Shown here: positions 9,659-17,876 of the stretch, piece after piece | How the letters are laid out: each line of letters starts with the position of its first letter | Position numbering within the stretch: the first letter of the stretch is position 1 | IMG/VR virus record: IMGVR_UViG_3300021959_004274 | Location: 28,188-92,187 of that record | Source: a virus | Strand: one strand, 5' to 3' | Length of the DNA stretch: 64,000 bases | Notes under the pieces: generated by a model | What the model saw: only the letters and a program-made list of their open reading frames with translations | Database searches by the model: none | Told to the model about the DNA's origin: nothing | Translations under genes and position numbers: made by a program

Positions 9659-10158
9659 TAGAATACCTTATCGTATTGTACTACTTCACAGTTACGTGAT
9701 ATATCCTTAACAAAATATATACATTCAGGTTCTTTTTCGTCCCCTAATGGTATAGTTAATAGTTGTCCGTTTTTAAGTTTAGGACAATACCAATTAACAT
9801 CATTATACACGTCAACAATTTCTATGTCAAGGAATGTGCTTCTGAATCCTGTTAATGGATTAAACTGAAATGCTTTAAATCCTCTGTCGTTAATTGATGT
9901 TAATGGTAATACTTCTAAATTACCACAGTCAGGCTCACCAATTAATATTTGCCAATCCACTGGCATTTTAATTTCGTAATTACCTATGCGTAATACTAGT
10001 GCAGGACTGTTAAATGATTCTAAAAAGATCAATGGTATCCAATGATGATCTGGGTTGGCTGGATCTGAATTGTCCAGTACACTAAAACGCATATCATCAA
10101 CTTCTTCGGGCAGTTGATCTAATTCATATCTTATGTTATCTAAAGTTAATATTCTCAT
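9658..10158 (-). CDS. Hypothetical beta-rich protein
   Basis: ORF with sigma70 promoter immediately upstream. Confidence 0.7.
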   Translation of the reverse strand: MRILTLDNIRYELDQLPEEVDDMRFSVLDNSDPANPDHHWIPLIFLESFNSPALVLRIGNYEIKMPVDWQILIGEPDCGNLEVLPLTSINDRGFKAFQFNPLTGFRSTFLDIEIVDVYNDVNWYCPKLKNGQLLTIPLGDEKEPECIYFVKDISRNCEVVQYDKVF

Positions 10159-10164
10159 ACTGTT

Positions 10165-10193
10165 ATTGTATAGTCCTGTTTAAGTTTTGTCAA
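10165..10193 (-). promoter_or_regulatory. sigma70-type promoter TTGACA-17-TACAAT
   Basis: Near-consensus boxes, 17-nt spacer, 6 nt before ATG. Confidence 0.75.
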
Positions 10194-11650
10194 TCTTGCC
10201 ACTCCGTTTTTTCTACCGTAAATGGATAGTTTGCTTCTCGATAAAATTGTTTACGTTTAGTTAAATGCCTTTTAGCAAATTTACAGGTTGATGTTATATC
10301 CCAAATTTGCACAAAATCTTTATCCTCAGCCTTTCTAATGCCTCGACCAATACTCTGAATAACCCGTACAAAACTTTTACCAGGCTCCACAAGCACCAAA
10401 TTGAAAATCCGAGGAATGTTAATACCAACAGCGGCAACACCATAAGTAGCAACAATAACTCTATCGTCCATTGTGGCCACTTCGTCATAGGATTCCTTTC
10501 TATCATTTGCTTTAGTTCCTCCTGAAACAAACACTGATCCAGGTATAAGTTCTGTTAAACGTTTACCTGGTGCTATACGATCTACAAGAATAAGTGTATT
10601 GCCTGACTCTTTAATTGAGTTAATTAGCCCAGCAATATACTTCATGCGGTCTTCTGTTTCTAGTAGATAACGTAATTCACTTTGATAATCTCTGTATTCA
10701 ACGTGATCAACTAACTGTACAATATTAACATGACAGTTTGCCAACACTCCTTCTTGCTGTAGTTCATTTGCACTCAGTCTACCAATAACCTCACCTAAAC
10801 TACATTTCAAACTCATAAACTCATATTCTTCTTTGGGTACTGTACCAGTTAATCCCCAACGTATAGGAACATGTGACATTGGTCCTGTTAATAATGTTCT
10901 AAGTGCATCCGCTTTGGCCATGTGTACTTCATCTACCATGACACAGACTACGTCATGTAAAAACTCATCTATTGTGATATCAATATCTTTAGCACGAGTT
11001 TTCTTCATCATAATGTTTAGACTCTGCCAAGTACAAATAGTATGTGTCTTGCCAAACTCTTTACGATCACCAAAGAACACACCTACGTCTAATCCCATGT
11101 TAATGTAATCTTCTTCAGTTTGCGTGACTAGACTTTTATTTGGAACAATAACTATTGTACGACCATGTGCTTCACATCTATGACTTAGCACAGCAGTGAT
11201 TAAAGTTTTACCTGCACCTGTGGCTACTTCTTGTATGCACTGTGGATTTTCTAAGAACTTATTAACTATCTCAACTTGATAGTCACGTAACATGATTGGT
11301 TGGCCTTTAGCAGGATGGTTAGGTGGCCAAACATAGTCTGCATAACTATCTTCTTTAACTTTTTCAAATCCATAGTTAGTTGAATAGTCACGGATGTCTT
11401 CTAGTTCAATATCATAATTAAACTCTTCTAATACAGGAATAATATCTGGCAATAGGTTAACATAAGTTGATCCACCTAGTTGAAAGAACCCTACCTTACC
11501 ATCCCATCGTCCTAGTCTCACTGCTGGCATATATCTAGCACCTGGGACTTCGTATTTGAATTTATTGGTCAGCGTTTTACGAGCGTCAAGTTCAAGACCT
11601 TCAATCTTTACATTAACTTCATCACGGACTATGATTTTACAATTTCGCAT
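10190..11650 (-). CDS. uvsW: SF2 DNA helicase UvsW
   Basis: LRDYQ, ATGAGKT, DEVH, GLTGT, QSIGRGIR. Confidence 0.92.
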   Translation of the reverse strand: MRNCKIIVRDEVNVKIEGLELDARKTLTNKFKYEVPGARYMPAVRLGRWDGKVGFFQLGGSTYVNLLPDIIPVLEEFNYDIELEDIRDYSTNYGFEKVKEDSYADYVWPPNHPAKGQPIMLRDYQVEIVNKFLENPQCIQEVATGAGKTLITAVLSHRCEAHGRTIVIVPNKSLVTQTEEDYINMGLDVGVFFGDRKEFGKTHTICTWQSLNIMMKKTRAKDIDITIDEFLHDVVCVMVDEVHMAKADALRTLLTGPMSHVPIRWGLTGTVPKEEYEFMSLKCSLGEVIGRLSANELQQEGVLANCHVNIVQLVDHVEYRDYQSELRYLLETEDRMKYIAGLINSIKESGNTLILVDRIAPGKRLTELIPGSVFVSGGTKANDRKESYDEVATMDDRVIVATYGVAAVGINIPRIFNLVLVEPGKSFVRVIQSIGRGIRKAEDKDFVQIWDITSTCKFAKRHLTKRKQFYREANYPFTVEKTEWQD

Positions 11651-11669
11651 ATTATATATTATATAGTAT

Positions 11670-11709
11670 AAAAGGTGAAAGGCACACTATTTTGGTAATG
11701 TGCCTTTCC
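11670..11709 (-). terminator. Rho-independent terminator
   Basis: GAAAGGCACA/TGTGCCTTTC stem followed by CCTTTT. Confidence 0.7.
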
Positions 11710-11710
11710 A

Positions 11711-11750
11711 TAGTCAGTTAGAAAGTGTTAGGAGCGAAACTAACTGACTA
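11711..11750 (-). ncRNA. Putative 3'-UTR hairpin with anti-RBS loop
   Basis: Perfect 11-bp stem; loop TTTCGCTCCTAA is complementary to the RBS at 13474-13485 and partly to 12569-12577. Confidence 0.5.
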
Positions 11751-11754
11751 AAAA

Positions 11755-12567
11755 CTATGCCGCCCTGCGTTTCATACAAGTTACTTCTGCCATCTCACGC
11801 CAGTTGTTTTGTGATACCTTGCGTAAGTCAGCAACTTTAAGGGCCATACGTAAACTTACTTCATTTAACTTCTCGCAGTTTTCTGTTAAGAAGTCTAAGA
11901 TTTCTTCTTGCTGTATACCTGATAAATCATAATCTTTAAACAGAGCACCAGTACCAGCAATCTGTTTAATACGTAATAGTTTATCACGCATAGTGTCTAA
12001 TGTCAAGTCTAAGTAGTGACATCTTGATTGAACTGCTTCTAAATGGTCTTGTAACTTTTTACTTTTAACATTGTTAAATTTAACGTTAGTGATAAAAATT
12101 GCTGAACCTTCAAAGTTAAATGTGTCAGGAACACCTTCGTTGCGTAGTTTGTATGAATCTGTGTTCCAGCATATCTTACGTGTCTTCTTACTATCAAGTG
12201 CGGCCTTAATAATGTTCAATGATAATTCATCTTGTAACACTGAGTCGCAGTCGTCAAACACTAAAACATTATCTTTTTCTTTGTAGTTGAATAGTTTACA
12301 GTATAGACCAATAGCACTCATAGCACCTTTAACAACATCATATGGCTTTGGCCTAGATCCTAGTTCGCTGTATATTCCAGCTTTTTCTAACTGCTGTTCA
12401 ACACCATATGATTTACCAACTCCTGGAGGGCCTACTACAATCATAGCTCTGATATCACCGTTGATGCAGGCTTTGGTCATTTCGTCTAGGATGTTGAATC
12501 TTTTGGAAATACGTTCGATGATTTGCTCATCTGTTTCTTTTGTAAATTTTATTGTCTTTGCTGACAT
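11755..12567 (-). CDS. AAA-family P-loop ATPase
   Basis: GPPGVGKS, VFDDCD, FITN, SR. Confidence 0.85.
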   Translation of the reverse strand: MSAKTIKFTKETDEQIIERISKRFNILDEMTKACINGDIRAMIVVGPPGVGKSYGVEQQLEKAGIYSELGSRPKPYDVVKGAMSAIGLYCKLFNYKEKDNVLVFDDCDSVLQDELSLNIIKAALDSKKTRKICWNTDSYKLRNEGVPDTFNFEGSAIFITNVKFNNVKSKKLQDHLEAVQSRCHYLDLTLDTMRDKLLRIKQIAGTGALFKDYDLSGIQQEEILDFLTENCEKLNEVSLRMALKVADLRKVSQNNWREMAEVTCMKRRAA

Positions 12568-12568
12568 A

Positions 12569-12594
12569 TTCGCTCCTTAATATGTTTACCTAAC
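12569..12594 (-). repeat. Conserved early leader, copy 2 (GTTAGGTAAACATATTAAGGAGCGAA)
   Basis: 25/26 identity to 13475-13500. Confidence 0.85.
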
Positions 12595-12600
12595 TTTAAT

Positions 12601-12629
12601 AGTATAAGATCTTAGTAATTAATTGTCAA
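12601..12629 (-). promoter_or_regulatory. sigma70 promoter TTGACA-17-TATACT
   Basis: Near-consensus boxes and spacing. Confidence 0.8.
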
Positions 12630-12798
12630 CCGTTTTCATTACTTTTTCTTTAATTAGATCTAATATATCTTCTAGATCGTTAGCATCAATGCTGATACCC
12701 ATTTGAGTTAACTGTTGATCTAACTTGGTAATATTATCTATGGACACTTCTTCAACTTGTGCCCATAGATTTTGATTTATATATTCTTCGTAACTCAT
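12619..12798 (-). CDS. Small acidic hypothetical protein (MSYEEYINQ...)
   Basis: Likely ATG at 12798 directly after upstream stop. Confidence 0.6.
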   Translation of the reverse strand: MSYEEYINQNLWAQVEEVSIDNITKLDQQLTQMGISIDANDLEDILDLIKEKVMKTVDN

Positions 12799-12799
12799 A

Positions 12800-13150
12800 C
12801 TACCACCATGAATTGTAATAAACTTTTCTGCCACCAGCAAGTTCACCCCTGGCTTCTGCAATAAAAGCCAAGTCTTGATCTTTGTAGTATTCGTCTGCTG
12901 GACCGCCAAAGAAGAAGCCTTGTGTTTCTGGAAGATCACGCATTAGAACAGAGTTCTCTAACAACTCAAGATCGTCAAGTGTTAGTTCAACTTCAACACA
13001 ATTAAAACTATCTTCTGTGTTGCCAGTTTTAGCTCTCCATAACTTTTCCATAAAGCCATGTAAGTTAGGATGCTTTCTCCAGTAACTAATTTCTCTAGAT
13101 TTTTTACTAGTTGTTTTTGCTCGACTGTATGCTGTCATATCTAAACCCAT
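12800..13150 (-). CDS. Conserved phage hypothetical protein (MGLDM...YWRKHPNLHG...FFFG...YYNSWW)
   Basis: Recognisable phage family motifs; AAGGAG RBS. Confidence 0.8.
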   Translation of the reverse strand: MGLDMTAYSRAKTTSKKSREISYWRKHPNLHGFMEKLWRAKTGNTEDSFNCVEVELTLDDLELLENSVLMRDLPETQGFFFGGPADEYYKDQDLAFIAEARGELAGGRKVYYNSWW

Positions 13151-13160
13151 AACTGTCTCC

Positions 13161-13472
13161 TTATCTATATAAGTGGCCTGAACCACAATTATTTTCTAAG
13201 TAATCAATGTCTTTATACAAGTTAAATCTAACCCCTTTTGCTGGTGCATTCCAACCTGCTGGTTTGTAAACGTCGCCTGTTGTTTTTTCAATAAAAGCAA
13301 CAACGCTACGTGATTCAAGTTCGCCGTTATCTTCAACATAACCGTCAACTATTTTAATATACTTGCGACCTTCTTGTGCGGCAAATCCTCTTTTTACGTG
13401 AGTGAGTCCTTGACTATCAAAGTCACGTTGTAAACCTGCTATGTATCTGTCAATTAATTTGTTTAAGTCCAC
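13161..13472 (-). CDS. Conserved phage early protein (GRKYIKIV...GDVYKPAGWNAPAKGVR)
   Basis: Family motif; GTG start with AGGAG RBS. Confidence 0.8.
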   Translation of the reverse strand: MDLNKLIDRYIAGLQRDFDSQGLTHVKRGFAAQEGRKYIKIVDGYVEDNGELESRSVVAFIEKTTGDVYKPAGWNAPAKGVRFNLYKDIDYLENNCGSGHLYR

Positions 13473-13474
13473 GT

Positions 13475-13500
13475 TTCGCTCCTAAATATGTTTACCTAAC
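13475..13500 (-). repeat. Conserved early leader, copy 1 (GTTAGGTAAACATATTTAGGAGCGAA)
   Basis: Near-identical to 12569-12594; both begin 6 nt after a -10 box. Confidence 0.85.
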
Positions 13501-13506
13501 AATAAT

Positions 13507-13535
13507 ACTATAGCAAATTTGGATTTTTTGGTCAA
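13507..13535 (-). promoter_or_regulatory. sigma70 promoter TTGACC-17-TATAGT
   Basis: Near-consensus boxes and spacing. Confidence 0.7.
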
Positions 13536-13669
13536 CCAAAATATAGGTGATATACTAGTGTACCCACAGTAAAATAAACGCCAACTATTGCACAGATAAG
13601 TCCGTGTTCTAATGTATTAAATTTTTGTATTAAACGCTCGTATGCTACTTGGTCTGCTGTTTTCTTCAT
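13532..13669 (-). CDS. 45-aa single-pass membrane protein (not in ORF track)
   Basis: MKKTADQVAYERLIQKFNTLEHGLICAIVGVYFTVGTLVYHLYFG; AAGGAG RBS; consensus promoter upstream. Confidence 0.75.
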   Translation of the reverse strand: MKKTADQVAYERLIQKFNTLEHGLICAIVGVYFTVGTLVYHLYFG

Positions 13670-13702
13670 AGGTTCTCCTTAATTTATTAGTTTATATCCA
13701 TA

Positions 13703-13731
13703 ATTATAGACTATTCTGTATTTTTTGTCAA
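13703..13731 (-). promoter_or_regulatory. sigma70 promoter TTGACA-17-TATAAT
   Basis: Perfect consensus. Confidence 0.85.
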
Positions 13732-13773
13732 GAGAAAAGACTATATATTGTGTGTTTAAGGGGTAATATTCAT

Positions 13774-13801
13774 AAAAAAAGCACTACATTTAGTAGTGCT
13801 T
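13774..13801 (-). terminator. Rho-independent terminator
   Basis: AGCACTAC/GTAGTGCT stem + T run. Confidence 0.8.
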
Positions 13802-13841
13802 CTTCTATTTTAGCTCAGTGGTAGAGTTTGTTACGGATAAA

Positions 13842-14504
13842 TTAAAAAGCTGGATCGTATGCCCAAGTTGGAATAGTTAAATTGGCTGTCATTGTTAATG
13901 TTTCGCCATTACCAACTATTGGCCACATACCTTCAGGTGTTACATCATATGCTTCACCGTTAAGTTGACCATTCGATAAAGTTTTATCTACTCGCATAAA
14001 GTGAGTTAAATCTTCACCTTCTTCTTCGTTAGCAACCATAATTACTGGTGCGTCTACTGTTGGTTGTGATGTACCTGCTAATAATTTATTATAAACTTCA
14101 GTACCTAATCTTGTTTCTCCAACAGTGTTAGCGATGTATGCTTGATCTTCTGCCGAAAATGGTACTGACCAGTCATCACCGTTTGCTTTTGCTTTGTCAA
14201 GAAAGTAACTTAATGGAATAGTAACATTTGGATGTCCTACACCATTACATTCTAATTTACCTAATCCTAAATCAGCTGTATCATCTGTGCCTGTAACTGT
14301 AACTTCCCAGGATGTATCGCCTGATACTGCTTCGTCTAACTCAAACGAAAATAATTCGTTTTCAGGTTTGTCGCCATCTGTGTGTGCGTCAGTATCTGCA
14401 GTTACCGCGCCATTATAGACTTCGACTCCTCCTACTGTGACCACTACATTTAGTGATCCGGATGCGTCATGAGCACATCCATATTGTTTAAAAGTTCTTG
14501 CCAT
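13842..14504 (-). CDS. Hypothetical acidic, beta-rich late protein (probably virion)
   Basis: GATAAATA upstream, GGAG RBS, own terminator. Confidence 0.7.
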   Translation of the reverse strand: MARTFKQYGCAHDASGSLNVVVTVGGVEVYNGAVTADTDAHTDGDKPENELFSFELDEAVSGDTSWEVTVTGTDDTADLGLGKLECNGVGHPNVTIPLSYFLDKAKANGDDWSVPFSAEDQAYIANTVGETRLGTEVYNKLLAGTSQPTVDAPVIMVANEEEGEDLTHFMRVDKTLSNGQLNGEAYDVTPEGMWPIVGNGETLTMTANLTIPTWAYDPAF

Positions 14505-14540
14505 TTTTTAATCTCCGTATTTAAGCATGCCTTGCTACGT

Positions 14541-15260
14541 TTATTTATCTTTCTGCCAGTATTCAATTAAATTATTGTTTATTTCGTGTGGTTTAGGATC
14601 TCCGTGAAATACTACAATACTGGTATCAACATCTAACTTAATATCTATTTCGTCTTTGTGTGGATATCCTCTTGTTTTAACATCTATTCCTCCATGTAAT
14701 ACTTGCCAGCGATACGATTTTATTTTGTTTTCAGGTAGTTGTCTTTTAGTTTCAACTATTTCAGTATCAATATAATTCTGATCACCGTGATATTGAAACA
14801 TTATTCGATCTGAATTATCTTTAAATTTAGTCCAGACATGTTCATAGTTAGTAGTATCAAACACCATAACACTAGAATTAATGGCTCGTCTATGAGGTTT
14901 CCATATACATTTAAAGTCTCTAACAGCCCAGAAGTTTTGCATTGACAGTTTACTCATCCAGTCTAGGTTACCTGTAATAATAACATCAAGGTCCATATAG
15001 ATAATAGGACCTGCGTACAGTTTAGGATTGAATAATTGTGTTTTGTACCACCAGGCCTTTTTTGGACCTTCGCTGTTCTGTGATGTTAGTGTGTGTTTTA
15101 TATATTTGTTAGGAACATCACGTTCTTGTTCTGTCCAAACATGAAAGCGTATGGGATTAGAAACATTACGTTGAATACTGTCGTGCAGTATATCAACATA
15201 GTCCCAACTATAATAATTGCCGTGTATTAAACAGCCAAAGTCTATTACTCTATCGCCCAT
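14541..15260 (-). CDS. Glycosyltransferase, GT8-like (GT-A)
   Basis: YMDLD, NSSVM, HGDQ, VFHGDPKP. Confidence 0.8.
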   Translation of the reverse strand: MGDRVIDFGCLIHGNYYSWDYVDILHDSIQRNVSNPIRFHVWTEQERDVPNKYIKHTLTSQNSEGPKKAWWYKTQLFNPKLYAGPIIYMDLDVIITGNLDWMSKLSMQNFWAVRDFKCIWKPHRRAINSSVMVFDTTNYEHVWTKFKDNSDRIMFQYHGDQNYIDTEIVETKRQLPENKIKSYRWQVLHGGIDVKTRGYPHKDEIDIKLDVDTSIVVFHGDPKPHEINNNLIEYWQKDK

Positions 15261-16096
15261 TGTAGTCTATTGTACCAAACACCATTTTTAATTTCATCCA
15301 CTGTATATTCTGTATGTGCTATTTCAACGTACCATTGTGTTCTATCTGGAATAACAGGATCGTCTAAGTCAGTGTACTTATTACTACATGGATAGGCTAG
15401 ACTAGTTTCATCAACAATAACTGGACAGCCCTGTATCAAACTTTGTACAGCAGGTCCTGCTGAATTATAGTTTACTGTTGCCCAATAGTTAAATTTAAGA
15501 TCAAAGTCATCATAGGTATCGGATAATTTTTGAGGTGTTTCAAATTGATAATCTAAAAACTCTGTTCTATCAAACACTGATCTAGGATGTGGCCTAATAA
15601 CCATGGGTCTATCTGTGTGCTGTTCAATTGTTTGTATTTCTTCTTGTAACCAATGTTCTATACCGTGTAGTTCGCTTACTTGTTCACTTTTAGCGTGTTG
15701 TAGACAAATTAGTATAGGTTCTTTAGCATAGTGTCTACGCTGTGGTGCTAGTTCCGGTAAGCCTAGTTTCTTTGGTCTATCCCAATCTAAATTAACAGTA
15801 TGTCCGTAATGACCTTGTGCTGTGATGTGGTTTACGGCTACTTTCCAGGTAAAGTTGCGTTGTAGGGCGCCTACTTCAAGGATTAGACATGGTTTATTAA
15901 GGTTTTTGAAGTGCTGATAAACATCATAGTTGCCACGCATACGACCTGCCCATAAGCAAGACCATATAACGGCTATGTCTGCATTTAAATCGTTTTCAAC
16001 TATTCTGTAATGTTTCTTTGCACTCTCTAAGAATGCTTCTATGACCGGCTTTGAGTTTAAACTACAATAGTCCGGAAAATACGTAAGTGTTTTCAT
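15245..16096 (-). CDS. KpsS/capsule-synthesis-like GT-B glycosyltransferase
   Basis: LQ...RPHP...NYNSA...GCPV. Confidence 0.65.
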   Translation of the reverse strand: MKTLTYFPDYCSLNSKPVIEAFLESAKKHYRIVENDLNADIAVIWSCLWAGRMRGNYDVYQHFKNLNKPCLILEVGALQRNFTWKVAVNHITAQGHYGHTVNLDWDRPKKLGLPELAPQRRHYAKEPILICLQHAKSEQVSELHGIEHWLQEEIQTIEQHTDRPMVIRPHPRSVFDRTEFLDYQFETPQKLSDTYDDFDLKFNYWATVNYNSAGPAVQSLIQGCPVIVDETSLAYPCSNKYTDLDDPVIPDRTQWYVEIAHTEYTVDEIKNGVWYNRLQWAIE

Positions 16097-16114
16097 ATGT
16101 GTGTAAATACTTAT

Positions 16115-16954
16115 ATGAGATATGCTGTCATCACTACATTTCACCCACCAGGATTAACACAATACGCACAAACAATGATTGACACGTTTGAGCAATATTG
16201 GCCAGACACGGTGGACTTATACTGCTATGCAGAAGACTGCAAACCCATAACTACTAAACCTAATGTACACATCTTTGATTTGCATCAACGTTGCCTTGAT
16301 CTGGTTAACTTTAAGAATAAATTTAAAAATGTTCCGTGGGCTAATGGACTGCAGATGAAAGAGTCTGGCCTGCCATTTAAAGACAATAACTTTAAGTGGG
16401 ATGCCGTTAGATTTAGTAATAAAGTATTTACCGTAATTGATGCTTGTACCACACTAGATTATGACTGGGTAATATGGTTAGATGCTGACTCAAAAACGTT
16501 TGCACCTGTAACTGAATCATTCTTAGCAGAAGTATGTCCTAGTAGCAATTTTGTTAGTTACCTAGGTCGTAGAGCCAAATATCATAGCGAATGTGGCTGG
16601 GTAGCATATAACACAAAACATCGTGACTGTCAGGACTTTATGTCTTCTTGGAAAGACTTATATGTTAACGAAGGTATATTTAATTTAAAAGAGTTTCATG
16701 ACAGTTATGTATTTGATGTACTACGTCAGCAATATCAGCAAACAAAAAATACAGAATTCTTTAACCTGTCGCCCGAGCTACAAGGCAAAGGTCCAGGGCA
16801 TCCTTTTATTGCTAGTAAGTTAGGAACAGTAATGGATCATATGAAAGGCACCAGGCGTAAAGAGCTAGGACACAGTTTATCTGATGATGTTACTATAAAA
16901 AATCAAGGAATAAATCAAAACGTTGATTACTGGAAATCAGTTATTAAGACTTAG
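16115..16954 (+). CDS. GT-A glycosyltransferase
   Basis: WDAVRFSNK, WLDAD, SECG, HDSYVFD, DHMKG. Confidence 0.75.
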   Translation: MRYAVITTFHPPGLTQYAQTMIDTFEQYWPDTVDLYCYAEDCKPITTKPNVHIFDLHQRCLDLVNFKNKFKNVPWANGLQMKESGLPFKDNNFKWDAVRFSNKVFTVIDACTTLDYDWVIWLDADSKTFAPVTESFLAEVCPSSNFVSYLGRRAKYHSECGWVAYNTKHRDCQDFMSSWKDLYVNEGIFNLKEFHDSYVFDVLRQQYQQTKNTEFFNLSPELQGKGPGHPFIASKLGTVMDHMKGTRRKELGHSLSDDVTIKNQGINQNVDYWKSVIKT

Positions 16955-17876
16955 GTAATCTTTCTCTCATAAAATGCCAGGCACTGCCACGAGTAACTTC
17001 ATCTGTAGACCAATGGCATTGACTTAGTCTATGATAGAAATCATTTCTATCAAACAATTCAGGATTTTCTATGTTGTTAAGATCAGTATTACAAATAGGA
17101 TAACACTGACTACGTTTAGGAACAGGATCTGTAACAAATACAGGAACCCCAGACATTATACTTGCTACTCCAGGAGAACTGTTGTACGTTACAGTAGCAT
17201 GAGTACGTTTTAGTTGTTCTGTTATGTTAATGTCTAAGGGACGTTGTTTTCTAATATTAGTCCAGGGAGATATATCAAGTTGATCTAGTGTAAGTAGGTC
17301 ACCTGGGTGGCCTCTAACAATAATATCTCTCTGTGTTTTTGTTCTAATATGATTAATAGTTTGAGTTGCCCACTCAATGACATTAGCGCCATTCATTGAC
17401 CAACCACCGTTGCGTTGTAGACATAACAATATTTCAGGACCAGTATGCCAATCAACATCTACAAATTTATAGTTTCTTTTAATTTTATTCCAGCGAGTTA
17501 GATCTCTGTCTTGATCAAAATACCAAGCATCGTTGGCAAATATTCCATCTAATCCATACCGTTGATACTTGTTAATATCTGACATATCTAAAAATTGAAA
17601 CAAATTGCTATCAATAATTAAACTATGTTTACCATGCTGACGTTGATGATCTATTGCGTTTTTTCTAATCATTAAATGAGGTGCTTGTTTACTACCTTCA
17701 TGAACATAACCCTGAATAACAGCAACATCACAATTAGGAATAACACGATTATCCTCAACTACAATAACCTGATCTCCAGCAAGTGCAACACCTTGAGCCC
17801 AACTATTTAAAATCATTTTTTTAAATTCGTTTTTACTCAGTCGAGGTATGCCCGATAGATAAACTGCTACTCTCAC
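16944..17876 (-). CDS. KpsS/capsule-synthesis-like GT-B glycosyltransferase
   Basis: LQR...RGHP...TYNSS...GVPV. Confidence 0.65.
   Translation of the reverse strand: MRVAVYLSGIPRLSKNEFKKMILNSWAQGVALAGDQVIVVEDNRVIPNCDVAVIQGYVHEGSKQAPHLMIRKNAIDHQRQHGKHSLIIDSNLFQFLDMSDINKYQRYGLDGIFANDAWYFDQDRDLTRWNKIKRNYKFVDVDWHTGPEILLCLQRNGGWSMNGANVIEWATQTINHIRTKTQRDIIVRGHPGDLLTLDQLDISPWTNIRKQRPLDINITEQLKRTHATVTYNSSPGVASIMSGVPVFVTDPVPKRSQCYPICNTDLNNIENPELFDRNDFYHRLSQCHWSTDEVTRGSAWHFMRERLPKS

Noticed and set aside
13804-13880. Complete tRNA gene
   Set aside because: Only the D-arm matches; there is no anticodon stem or TTCG T-loop, and the rest overlaps a coding region
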